Positions 11,995 through 24,013 of a stretch of 34,486 bases of DNA are shown here, one piece after another; position 1 is the first letter of the stretch; each line of letters starts with the position of its first letter. Below the pieces are notes generated by a model that worked only from the letters and a program-made list of their open reading frames with translations, made no database searches and was not told the origin of the DNA. A program made the translations under genes and the position numbers. This stretch comes from Selaginella moellendorffii (Eukaryota > Plantae > Lycopodiophyta): the NCBI RefSeq assembly GCF_000143415.4, contig NW_003314424.1, positions 1 through 34,486 on the forward strand, written 5' to 3'.

Positions 11995-12841
11995 AGATTG
12001 AGTTTGGACTTCTCAAGAGGTCACCCAAAATGGAATTGCTAAATGTCAATCAACATATGGTGCGATTCCTCTCGCCAACCAATAGAGTCAAACTTGAGAC
12101 CCTCTCTAATACCAAATGTAAACTTATAAGGTTGGACTTCCCGAAATGTCACCCAACCCAATACTATTTAAACCCAAGGACACTTAACCCCAAGTATTTC
12201 AATACCCTTAACTTACTTTTATTCATAGGTTTTTTTCCTTTATATTTAAATCCCATATAAGCAACCAAAAGGAACAATTTGAAAGATAATCTATAGGGTT
12301 CAAATATAGAAGGAAAATGTTTATGAATAAGAGTACACCCCCTTTTCTAATCGGTTAAAGGTCTTGAAATATTTGGGGTTAAATGTCCTTCGGTTTAAAT
12401 AATACTATATTAAATGACCTCTCGGGAAGTCCAAATTCAAGAACTTACATTTGGTATTAAAGAGGGTCTCCAATCTGACTTTGTTGGTTGGGTAAGGGAA
12501 TTGCATCACATGTTAATTGACATTTGGCAGATCCACTTTGCTCCGACTGAGCTTGACCCGAGGGGTAGGGTGTCAAGAGAGCAGGGCTCTCAGGAGAGTT
12601 ATGGCTCTCAACTTTTATTCACAAGGGTATGAACTTGCAAGAAAGCATATTGGATTATAAGCAACCAAAGGGAACAACTTGAGAAATGATCCATAGGGTT
12701 CAAATATAAAGGGAAAGGGACTATGAATAAGAGTGCACTTCCTTTTCCAATCGGTTAAAGGTTTTGGGATATTTGGGGTTAAGTATCTTTAGATTTGAAT
12801 AATACTGAGTTGGGTGACCTCTTAGGAAATTTAAATTCAAG
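11995..12841. repeat. AT-rich foldback element with long imperfect inverted repeats (MULE/MITE-like)
   Basis: About 12037-12210 is the imperfect reverse complement of about 12355-12529. About 12255-12440 is directly repeated at about 12655-12840. The outer ends (about 11997-12027 and 12810-12841) are also inverted. Confidence 0.7.
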
Positions 12842-12959
12842 TTGTTGTCCTCAAGTTGTTCTCTTTAATTCTTTACAATTTTTTATCACTATACTAATTG
12901 TGAATGTTTTCCCCTATCCTTCACATTGGTTTGTAAGAAAAGCTCTAGTCCTTCACTAG

Positions 12960-14241
12960 AGTGTCAAGAGTGACATTGGAATGCCTTCTAGATGGACCAT
13001 GACCTAGCAAATAAGTGTTGGATTTGCTGCTTGCAGCAAATGCCTAGATAAGGCAATTGTTGTGGACTATAGAGCTTGGCTCACCCAAGTGCTAGAGCAA
13101 TATAGTGCTTAATATTTGTGTATCCACTATCTCTTGTATACTCTACTGAAATCTCTTAACAAGTTGAGGAAGGGCTAGTACATACCCACACTGGTAACAA
13201 CTGAGAAAGAAGCACTTTAGTTAGCAAGTGCCCTCTCAATGCCTAAGTGACCCTAAACTCTAAACCTACACCTTTTCTTCTAACCAAGTTCCTATACTTT
13301 AATATATGGTCAAAGATAGTGCTTAATAGGCCACCACTTTGGCAAACAAAAGGGCACTAGGGGTAGTTTGAGCTCTCACCTATGGTGTAATGACAATGGA
13401 ATAAAATGGAGTCAAGATTTTATACTTGACATAAGGCCTCAATAAATGGCCCCAACCACTCACTTGACTGCATCACTATCATCTACTATATGAGGGCTAG
13501 GATTTCCATGGATCAGCTGTATTGCCGCTGCTGCCACAATGGCCCTATCAAGGAATCTCTCCAGCTCGTGATGAGGGAGGAGGGATTGGAGCTCTACGAG
13601 GACATGATCCTTGGGCCGATGTATTACACGAGTAAGATGTTTGTATTCATCCAATAATGAACAGGAGGCCATGTCCACAACCGCCGATGGCACATAATCC
13701 TTGTCTAGAAAATCCACAAATGCTGAAACAACATGCTTATTAGAATCATGAGAAGAGAGTGAAGAAGGAAGAAGATCTTGAGAAAGGGTATTAGCATCAG
13801 CCATAGAACTTCCCGGGGGTGAACAACACTAAAATCATATATCTGAAGCTTCAAAGCCCACTAAACAGTATGACCAACTAGGTTCTTCCTCTTTAATAAT
13901 GAAGTAATGGCAACATGATCACCTTTTAGTAACATTTTGAGAACCATGTAAATATGCATGAAGTTTCTCAAAACCCTAGACTGCTACTAAACACTCTTTC
14001 TTTGTCATGGAGTAGTTCACCTCCGTTAGTTGTAATGTATGACTTATATATGCAATGGAATGGCATTAACCAGGCACACTCAAGCTCTCTTGCATCAACA
14101 CTCCTCAAAGATCAATATGAGAAGCATTCACACGCAAAATGAAAGGTTGAATGTGGTTAAGATATGCCAAAACTGGAGGAGTCGTCAATAACTTTTTGAG
14201 ATCCATAAATTCCCACTCACAATCCGGAGACTAGATGAAAG
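12960..14241 (-). pseudogene. Inverted copy of the 3' part of old degenerate Gypsy element C (RNaseH and downstream remnants)
   Basis: Mirror of 21363 to about 22640 (coordinate sum 35604). ORF-track translations are identical. Confidence 0.7.
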
Positions 14242-15517
14242 TGTGAGACACAAAATCCCTAGGCCCCAAAGTGGAGCTGGAAAGGGTGCCACGTGGTAGT
14301 GGCCGAAGTGAAAGCCAAACGAGCGTAACACGTTTGGACTAAAAGCTCCGACTTGAAAGGTCGAGAGCGGGAGTGGAACTCCCAACAAAGTGCTCAAGGA
14401 GCGAGCACAAAGCGAGCAATAAGCAAGGCTCCAAAAAGGGACCCAAAAAGGACCAACACATGACACGTGGAAGTGTCCGAGATGGAGTCCGAGACGGACC
14501 CTAGTTAGAGTCCGAGATGGACCCGAAGTGGAGTCCGATATGGAGTCTGAAGTGGAGTCCGAGATGGAGTCCGATATGGAGCCTGAGATGGACCCGAAGT
14601 GGAGTCCGAGGTGGACAAAGACGGAGTCCGAGATGGACCTGAGATGGAGTCCGAGTTGGACCCGAGATGGAGTCCGAGATGGAGTCCGAGGTGGACCGAG
14701 ACGGAGTCCGAGATGGACCCGAGATGGAGTCTGAGATGGAGTCTGAGATGGAGTCTGAGATGGACCCGAGATGGAGTCCGAGGTGGAGTCCGAGGTGGAC
14801 CAAGACGGAGTCCGAGATGGACCCGAGACGGAGTCCGAGATGGACCGAGACGGAGTCCGAGATGGAGTCCGAGATGGACCGAGATGGAGTCCGAGATGGA
14901 GTCCGAGAAGGACCCGAGATGGAGTCCGAGATGGACCGAGACAGAGTCCGAGATGGAGTCCGAGATGGACCGAGATGGAGTCTGAGATGGACCCGAGACG
15001 GAGTCCGAGATGGACCGAGATGGAGTCCGAGATGGAGTCCGAGATGGACCGAGATGGAGTCCGAGATGGAGTCCGAGAAGGACCCGAGATGGAGTCCGAG
15101 ATGGACCCGAGATGGAGTCCGAGGTCGAGACCGAGACTGGACCAAGACCGGGACCGAGACCGAGACCAGGACCAAGACCGGGACCGAGACCGAGACCGAG
15201 GCCAAGGCTGAGACCGAGCCCGAGCCCGAGTCCGAGTCTGAGTCCGAGTCTGAGTCTGAGTCTGAGTTCGAGTCTGAGAGGGTGAAAGCCCAAAGCGTTC
15301 GTCTCCCAGACCCTGGGGGGTTTGGTGAGCTCCAAAAGTATAGTAACGGGGAGGACTGCAGTGGAGCCAGTTTGGCCAGGAAAGGCCAGTTTGGCCCAGG
15401 AAGGCCAGACCCAGTGTTGGGTGATGAACTGACCACTAGGAAGTCCAAGACTAGAGTGAATACGGACCGACAAGCGGGGTAGCTTGGTGAAGTGTTCAAG
15501 AGTCGGCTCTAGTTCCC
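14242..15517 (+). mobile_element. Partial family-B LTR with expanded minisatellite; inner end of the left palindrome arm
   Basis: Starts TGTGAGACA and mirrors 20099-21362. It breaks abruptly at ...CTCTAGTTCCC|AAAATAATAAAGG. Confidence 0.9.
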
Positions 15518-16642
15518 AAAATAATAAAGGAGTCACAAGATTACCCTCATATAGTTGAGGCCGGTGCTCATAACTTTGAGACCGGAATTGATGACCATGG
15601 GAGGTCAAATATAGGAGAGGACACAAGTCCTCAAAATGGTAGCTGAGGTTACCCTTGATAAATGCTAGAACAACCCAAGGAGTTAGGGATGTACTTAGAG
15701 GATGAGTTGGTATTCTCATCACATGGACTATTCACTACTGGGCATATGATGAAGTTGGTCACACTTATCGGCGTTGTCAATGTTTTCCAGATTGGCAGCC
15801 TCCATTTCCTGGGTGGAGACCTTGGCATCAACAATGTCCTATTGGTGCTACTGCAGTGAAAGGTTTGGACACCGAGATGCATTTGGGAAACGAGGAGTCG
15901 CACAAGTAATGGAGGGACTTTGCGCGAATAAGTCAATAACCCCTCCATCTTTCTTTTGGGAATATCATAAAAGGGTTCACTTGGCACTAGTTCATCCAGT
16001 GTTTACTTTTAAGCTCATTTTTATAGCAAGAGGTTTTTTATTATTCTCTCCATATTGGTTGATATAGATTTGAGTTTATCTTTTATTGCTCAACTTATTA
16101 CTATACATTACTGTCTACATTTGCATCTTGCAACAAAGCCAATTTTCATTCTTTATGGCAATGGCCATACACATGCATGTGCATGGGATGAGGTGGACCT
16201 AATAGTGCATGTGGGCAATTTTGAGCTTGGGTTGCAGTCATTGCGGGTGGTGCCGAGTCAAGCTTTTGACTTCATCCTTAGTATAGATTAGTTGCAGTGC
16301 AATTATACTAAATGTGACTTTGAGGCTTCTCCCCCTTGTCTCATACTTCCTTATATTTCATAGATTCCTCACTTTCGTACGTTTTTATCTCTCTACTTGA
16401 AGTGGTTGAAATGCATATTGGGGTTCAAGAACATGACTTATCTTGGGTACTGTATTTCTCGTAAGGGTTTACAAGTTGATCTTGACAAACTTGTGGCTAT
16501 TTTAAAGTTCCCTACTCTAAAGTGTGTGAATGATATACAACACTTCCTAGGCAAGGTGCAATATCTTGGTAATTTTGTGGATCATATTTTTTATTGCACT
16601 ACACCATTGCAAGCATTGCTGAAGTAATAAATATCATCTTTC
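15518..16642 (+). pseudogene. Old degenerate Gypsy element C, gag-protease-RT remnants; single-copy part of the palindrome spacer
   Basis: Protease-like LRVVPSQAFDFILSID and RT C-terminus KCILGFKNMTYLGYCISRKGLQVDLDKLVAI...FLGKVQY...PLQALLK. Confidence 0.8.
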
Positions 16643-19600
16643 TGTAAGTGACTAAATTTTCCATTCTACTTTAGTCACTTAACCACACCTCCGACCACTT
16701 GGAGGAGTCTCATTCACAACCTCCATCAGTCCAATTCAGGACTTGGGACTTGCTAGCCCCAAGAATGGCATCCATGCCACTCAACACTTGCACCTGGTCC
16801 AAGTGCTCCACGTGTCTGGTCCCAAGACCGACACCCAAAGGTACCACTGACATCTCAGCCCGTTACGCTAAGGCCATGCCCATTCACCTTTGCTGCACTA
16901 GTGGTCCAATACCACTTGCATCACCATCCCGTCTCTCCAAGACTGGGCCATCTGTCCACGAGTGGTCATCCTAGATCCACTCCTTAGCATCCTTAGGATG
17001 CCCACAGACCTGGGGAATCGCCTTCCCCAAAGTCCCTTTGTCAGTTCCTACCAAGTCCCTTTCTGCCCCTGGCCGTGTTTGCCAACACTGTCACTGGATC
17101 GAGGCCCACAGGCCCGACCACTAAGTCCCATGGTCCTCTGGGACTTCCTCACCACACGACTGTGTCCTTGGTCACTACCCCAGAGGACTGCTCCTCTTCC
17201 TTGGGACAACATTTTGGAACACCGTGGCCTTACGCGAGCCACCTGGGTACTCTCCCCGCCTTTCGCCTTTAGGTGCTCTAGCCATGGGCTTAGAGCGAGG
17301 TTCTGTTGAGCCACGCCTGGTATCCAAGTAGGTAGTGCCACCCACACTTGGACTGGGAGCATCGGCCAGTCGATCTCCCGGGGGAACTAGAGCCGACTCT
17401 TGAACACTTCACCAAGCTACCCCGCTTGTCGGTCCGTATTCACTCTAGTCTTGGACTTCCCAGTGGTCAGTTCATCACCCAACACTGGGTCTGGCCTTCC
17501 TGGGCCAAACTGGCCTTTCCTGGCCAAACTGGCTCCACTGCAGTCCTCCCCCTTACTATACTTTTGGAGCTCACCAAACCCCCCAGGGTCTGGGAGACGA
17601 ACGCTTTGGGCTTTCACCCTCTCAGACTCGAACTCAGACTCAGACTCGGACTCGGACTCAGACTCGGACTCGGGCTCGGGCTCGGTCTCAGCCTTGGCCT
17701 CGGTCTCGGTCTCGGTCCCGGTCTTGGTCCTGGTCTCGGTCTCGGTCCCGGTCTCGGTCCAGTCTCGGTCTCGACCTCGGACTCCATCTCGCGTCCTTCT
17801 CGGACTCCATCACGGACTCCATCTCGGTCCATCTCGGACTCCATCTCGGACTCCGTCTCGGTCCATCTCGGACTCCGTCTCGGGTCCATCTCAGACTCCA
17901 TCTCGGTCCATCTCGGACTCCATCTCGGACTCTGTCTCGGTCCATCTCGGACTCCGTCTCGGTCCATCTCGGACTCCGTCTCGGGTCCATCTCAGACTCC
18001 ATCTCGGTCCATCTCGGACTCCATCTCGGACTCTGTCTCGGTCCATCTCGGACTCCATCTCGGGTCCTTCTCGGGGGAACTAGAGCCGACTCTTGAACAC
18101 TTCACCAAGCTACCCCGCTTGTCGGTCCGTATTCACTCTAGTCTTGGACTTCCCAGTGGTCAGTTCATCACCCAACACTGGGTCTGGCCTTCCTGGGCCA
18201 AACTGGCCTTTCCTGGCCAAACTGGCTCCACTGCAGTCCTCCCCGTTACTATACTTTTGGAGCTCACCAAACCCCCCAGGGTCTGGGAGACGAACGCTTT
18301 GGGCTTTCACCCTCTCAGACTCGAACTCAGACTCAGACTCAGACTCGGACTCAGACTCGGACTCGGGCTCGGGCTCGGTCTCAGCCTTGGCCTCGGTCTC
18401 GGTCTCGGTCCCGGTCTTGGTCCTGGTCTCGGTCTCGGTCCCGGTCTTGGTCCAGTCTCGGTCTCGACCTCGGACTCCATCTCGGGTCCATCTCGGACTC
18501 CATCTCGGGTCCTTCTCGGACTCCATCTCGGACTCCATCTCGGTCCATCTCGGACTCCATCTCGGACTCCATCTCGGTCCATCTCGGACTCCGTCTCGGG
18601 TCCATCTCAGACTCCATCTCGGTCCATCTCGGACTCCATCTCGGACTCTGTCTCGGTCCATCTCGGACTCCGTCTCGGTCCATCTCGGACTCCGTCTCGG
18701 GTCCATCTCAGACTCCATCTCGGTCCATCTCGGACTCCATCTCGGACTCTGTCTCGGTCCATCTCGGACTCCATCTCGGGTCCTTCTCGGGGGAACTAGA
18801 GCCGACTCTTGAACACTTCACCAAGCTACCCCGCTTGTCGGTCCGTATTCACTCTAGTCTTGGACTTCCCAGTGGTCAGTTCATCACCCAACACTGGGTC
18901 TGGCCTTCCTGGGCCAAACTGGCCTTTCCTGGCCAAACTGGCTCCACTGCAGTCCTCCCCCATACTATACTTTTGGAGCTCACCAAACCCCCCAGGGTCT
19001 GGGAGACGAACGCTTTGGGCTTTCACCCTCTCAGACTCGAACTCAGACTCAGACTCGGACTCGGACTCAGACTCGGACTCGGGCTCGGGCTCGGTCTCAG
19101 CCTTGGCCTCGGTCTCGGTCTCGGTCCCGGTCTTGGTCCTGGTCTCGGTCTCGGTCCCGGTCTCGGTCCAGTCTCGGTCTCGACCTCGGACTCCATCTCG
19201 CGTCCTTCTCGGACTCCATCACGGACTCCATCTCGGTCCATCTCGGACTCCATCTCGGACTCCGTCTCGGTCCATCTCGGACTCCGTCTCGGGTCCATCT
19301 CAGACTCCATCTCGGTCCATCTCGGACTCCATCTCGGACTCTGTCTCGGTCCATCTCGGACTCCATCTCGGGTCCTTCTCGGGGGAACTAGAGCCGACTC
19401 TTGAACACTTCACCAAGCTACCCCGCTTGTCGGTCCGTATTCACTCTAGTCTTGGACTTCCCAGTGGTCAGTTCATCACCCAACACTGGGTCTGGCCTTC
19501 CTGGGCCAAACTGGCCTTTCCTGGCCAAACTGGCTCCACTGCAGTCCTCCCCGTTACTATACTTTTGGAGCTCACCAAACCCCCCAGGGTCTGGGAGACG

Positions 19601-21362
19601 AACGCTTTGGGCTTTCACCCTCTCAGACTCGAACTCAGACTCAGACTCAGACTCGGACTCAGACTCGGACTCGGGCTCGGGCTCGGTCTCAGCCTTGGCC
19701 TCGGTCTCGGTCTCGGTCCCGGTCTTGGTCCTGGTCTCGGTCTCGGTCCCGGTCTTGGTCCAGTCTCGGTCTCGACCTCGGACTCCATCTCGGGTCCATC
19801 TCGGACTCCATCTCGGGTCCTTCTCGGACTCCATCTCGGACTCCATCTCGGTCCATCTCGGACTCCATCTCGGACTCCATCTCGGTCCATCTCGGACTCC
19901 GTCTCGGGTCCATCTCAGACTCCATCTCGGTCCATCTCGGACTCCATCTCGGACTCTGTCTCGGTCCATCTCGGACTCCGTCTCGGTCCATCTCGGACTC
20001 CGTCTCGGGTCCATCTCAGACTCCATCTCGGTCCATCTCGGACTCCATCTCGGACTCTGTCTCGGTCCATCTCGGACTCCATCTCGGGTCCTTCTCGGGG
20101 GAACTAGAGCCGACTCTTGAACACTTCACCAAGCTACCCCGCTTGTCGGTCCGTATTCACTCTAGTCTTGGACTTCCCAGTGGTCAGTTCATCACCCAAC
20201 ACTGGGTCTGGCCTTCCTGGGCCAAACTGGCCTTTCCTGGCCAAACTGGCTCCACTGCAGTCCTCCCCGTTACTATACTTTTGGAGCTCACCAAACCCCC
20301 CAGGGTCTGGGAGACGAACGCTTTGGGCTTTCACCCTCTCAGACTCGAACTCAGACTCAGACTCAGACTCGGACTCAGACTCGGACTCGGGCTCGGGCTC
20401 GGTCTCAGCCTTGGCCTCGGTCTCGGTCTCGGTCCCGGTCTTGGTCCTGGTCTCGGTCTCGGTCCCGGTCTTGGTCCAGTCTCGGTCTCGACCTCGGACT
20501 CCATCTCGGGTCCATCTCGGACTCCATCTCGGGTCCTTCTCGGACTCCATCTCGGACTCCATCTCGGTCCATCTCGGACTCCATCTCGGACTCCATCTCG
20601 GTCCATCTCGGACTCCGTCTCGGGTCCATCTCAGACTCCATCTCGGTCCATCTCGGACTCCATCTCGGACTCTGTCTCGGTCCATCTCGGACTCCATCTC
20701 GGGTCCTTCTCGGACTCCATCTCGGACTCCATCTCGGTCCATCTCGGACTCCATCTCGGACTCCGTCTCGGTCCATCTCGGACTCCGTCTCGGGTCCATC
20801 TCGGACTCCGTCTTGGTCCACCTCGGACTCCACCTCGGACTCCATCTCGGGTCCATCTCAGACTCCATCTCAGACTCCATCTCGGGTCCATCTCGGACTC
20901 TGTCTCGGTCCACCTCGGACTCCATCTCGGACTCCATCTCGGGTCCAACTCGGACTCCATCTCAGGTCCATCTCGGACTCCGTCTTTGTCCACCTCGGAC
21001 TCCACTTCGGGTCCATCTCAGGCTCCATATCGGACTCCATCTCGGACTCCACTTCAGACTCCATATCGGACTCCACTTCGGGTCCATCTCGGACTCTAAC
21101 TAGGGTCCGTCTCGGACTCCATCTCGGACACTTCCACGTGTCATGTGTTGGTCCTTTTTGGGTCCCTTTTTGGAGCCTTGCTTATTGCTCGCTTTGTGCT
21201 CGCTCCTTGAGCACTTTGTTGGGAGTTCCACTCCCGCTCTCGACCTTTCAAGTCGGAGCTTTTAGTCCAAACATGTTACGCTCGTTTGGCTTTCACTTCG
21301 GCCACTACCACGTGGCACCCTTTCCAGCTCCACTTTGGGGCCTAGGGATTTTGTGTCTCACA
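16643..21362 (-). mobile_element. Family-B solo LTR with 5-bp TSD, expanded internally to 4.7 kb
   Basis: TGTAAG...TCTCACA is flanked by CTTTC at 16638-16642 and 21363-21367. The host Gypsy frame resumes after it (SPDCEWEFMDLKKLLTTPPVLAY...VLMQE). Confidence 0.92.
17379..21120. repeat. Tandem array of LTR-internal units starting at 17379, 18072, 18788, 19380 and 20096 (periods 693, 716, 592, 716 bp), each with 6-, 11- and 12-bp minisatellites
   Basis: Each unit begins CGGGGGAACTAGAGCCGACTC. The repeated MNTSPSY ORF starts in the track give the same spacings. Confidence 0.95.
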
Positions 21363-22640
21363 CTTTCATCTAGTCTCCGGATTGTGAGTGGGAATTTATG
21401 GATCTCAAAAAGTTATTGACGACTCCTCCAGTTTTGGCATATCTTAACCACATTCAACCTTTCATTTTGCGTGTGAATGCTTCTCATATTGATCTTTGAG
21501 GAGTGTTGATGCAAGAGAGCTTGAGTGTGCCTGGTTAATGCCATTCCATTGCATATATAAGTCATACATTACAACTAACGGAGGTGAACTACTCCATGAC
21601 AAAGAAAGAGTGTTTAGTAGCAGTCTAGGGTTTTGAGAAACTTCATGCATATTTACATGGTTCTCAAAATGTTACTAAAAGGTGATCATGTTGCCATTAC
21701 TTCATTATTAAAGAGGAAGAACCTAGTTGGTCATACTGTTTAGTGGGCTTTGAAGCTTCAGATATATGATTTTAGTGTTGTTCACCCCCGGGAAGTTCTA
21801 TGGCTGATGCTAATACCCTTTCTCAAGATCTTCTTCCTTCTTCACTCTCTTCTCATGATTCTAATAAGCATGTTGTTTCAGCATTTGTGGATTTTCTAGA
21901 CAAGGATTATGTGCCATCGGCGGTTGTGGACATGGCCTCCTGTTCATTATTGGATGAATACAAACATCTTACTCGTGTAATACATCGGCCCAAGGATCAT
22001 GTCCTCGTAGAGCTCCAATCCCTCCTCCCTCATCACGAGCTGGAGAGATTCCTTGATAGGGCCATTGTGGCAGCAGCGGCAATACAGCTGATCCATGGAA
22101 ATCCTAGCCCTCATATAGTAGATGATAGTGATGCAGTCAAGTGAGTGGTTGGGGCCATTTATTGAGGCCTTATGTCAAGTATAAAATCTTGACTCCATTT
22201 TATTCCATTGTCATTACACCATAGGTGAGAGCTCAAACTACCCCTAGTGCCCTTTTGTTTGCCAAAGTGGTGGCCTATTAAGCACTATCTTTGACCATAT
22301 ATTAAAGTATAGGAACTTGGTTAGAAGAAAAGGTGTAGGTTTAGAGTTTAGGGTCACTTAGGCATTGAGAGGGCACTTGCTAACTAAAGTGCTTCTTTCT
22401 CAGTTGTTACCAGTGTGGGTATGTACTAGCCCTTCCTCAACTTGTTAAGAGATTTCAGTAGAGTATACAAGAGATAGTGGATACACAAATATTAAGCACT
22501 ATATTGCTCTAGCACTTGGGTGAGCCAAGCTCTATAGTCCACAACAATTGCCTTATCTAGGCATTTGCTGCAAGCAGCAAATCCAACACTTATTTGCTAG
22601 GTCATGGTCCATCTAGAAGGCATTCCAATGTCACTCTTGA
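21363..22640 (+). pseudogene. Continuation of old Gypsy element C (RNaseH, degraded integrase region)
   Basis: LKKLLTTPPVLAYLNHIQPFILRVNASHIDL*GVLMQE fits the RT connection and RNaseH start. The right boundary is approximate. Confidence 0.7.
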
Positions 22641-22762
22641 CACTCTAGTGAAGGACTAGAGCTTTTCTTACAAACCAATGTGAAGGATAGGGGAAAACAT
22701 TCACAATTAGTATAGTGATAAAAAATTGTAAAGAATTAAAGAGAACAACTTGAGGACAACAA

Positions 22763-23609
22763 CTTGAATTTAAATTTCCTAAGAGGTCACCCAACTCAGT
22801 ATTATTCAAATCTAAAGATACTTAACCCCAAATATCCCAAAACCTTTAACCGATTGGAAAAGGAAGTGCACTCTTATTCATAGTCCCTTTCCCTTTATAT
22901 TTGAACCCTATGGATCATTTCTCAAGTTGTTCCCTTTGGTTGCTTATAATCCAATATGCTTTCTTGCAAGTTCATACCCTTGTGAATAAAAGTTGAGAGC
23001 CATAACTCTCCTGAGAGCCCTGCTCTCTTGACACCCTACCCCTCGGGTCAAGCTCAGTCGGAGCAAAGTGGATCTGCCAAATGTCAATTAACATGTGATG
23101 CAATTCCCTTACCCAACCAACAAAGTCAGATTGGAGACCCTCTTTAATACCAAATGTAAGTTCTTGAATTTGGACTTCCCGAGAGGTCATTTAATATAGT
23201 ATTATTTAAACCGAAGGACATTTAACCCCAAATATTTCAAGACCTTTAACCGATTAGAAAAGGGGGTGTACTCTTATTCATAAACATTTTCCTTCTATAT
23301 TTGAACCCTATAGATTATCTTTCAAATTGTTCCTTTTGGTTGCTTATATGGGATTTAAATATAAAGGAAAAAAACCTATGAATAAAAGTAAGTTAAGGGT
23401 ATTGAAATACTTGGGGTTAAGTGTCCTTGGGTTTAAATAGTATTGGGTTGGGTGACATTTCGGGAAGTCCAACCTTATAAGTTTACATTTGGTATTAGAG
23501 AGGGTCTCAAGTTTGACTCTATTGGTTGGCGAGAGGAATCGCACCATATGTTGATTGACATTTAGCAATTCCATTTTGGGTGACCTCTTGAGAAGTCCAA
23601 ACTCAATCT
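22763..23609. repeat. Mirror copy of the foldback element
   Basis: Reverse complement of 11995-12841. Confidence 0.7.
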
Positions 23610-23682
23610 TAAGAGCTTACATAAATGCTTTTGTGGGGCAATTGTTAAGGGCTTTGACTTTTAAGGCCCACTTAGTCAAGCT

Positions 23683-24013
23683 GTGGAAGATGGACCAGGA
23701 GCTTGAAGAGGATTCCCCAGAAAGGGTGATCACCGATACAACTCGTCCTTGGGACAAGGACTTTGTTGGGGGGGAAGAATTGTTAGGCGCCAGCTTTGAC
23801 CTCGTGGTCAACATCGGTCAAAGGGAGGCTCAAGGGTATATTAAGGCATGTTAGGGTAAGGGACTTAACCTACCCTAGGGCTCACAGTGGAGCGGCGGCG
23901 CAGTGGAGCTTTTGAGGTAGCTCGGGGGTGGTTGGGTGGTGAGGAACCTCAAGAGGTGGCGTAGTATAGTCTTGGGCAACTAGATCTTTGTTTTTTTGCG
24001 CCGGATCATAACA
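23683..24013 (+). mobile_element. 3' end of a third Gypsy-A copy (about 100 bp internal, PPT, LTR 23781-24013), right arm only
   Basis: Homologous to 4604-4934 with its own variants. It occupies the place of left-arm 11610-11921. Confidence 0.9.

Noticed and set aside
13460-13804. 114-aa ORF MADANTLSQ (and mirror 21800-22144) as a host gene
   Set aside because: It lies within and co-oriented with degenerate Gypsy C between RNaseH and integrase remnants, so it is most simply a pol fragment.
14501-21103. Many long overlapping ORFs (up to 483 aa; MESE/SDS/LGL/WSPR repeats)
   Set aside because: They arise from stop-free 6- and 12-bp minisatellites inside an LTR, are open in most frames on both strands, and have no domain.
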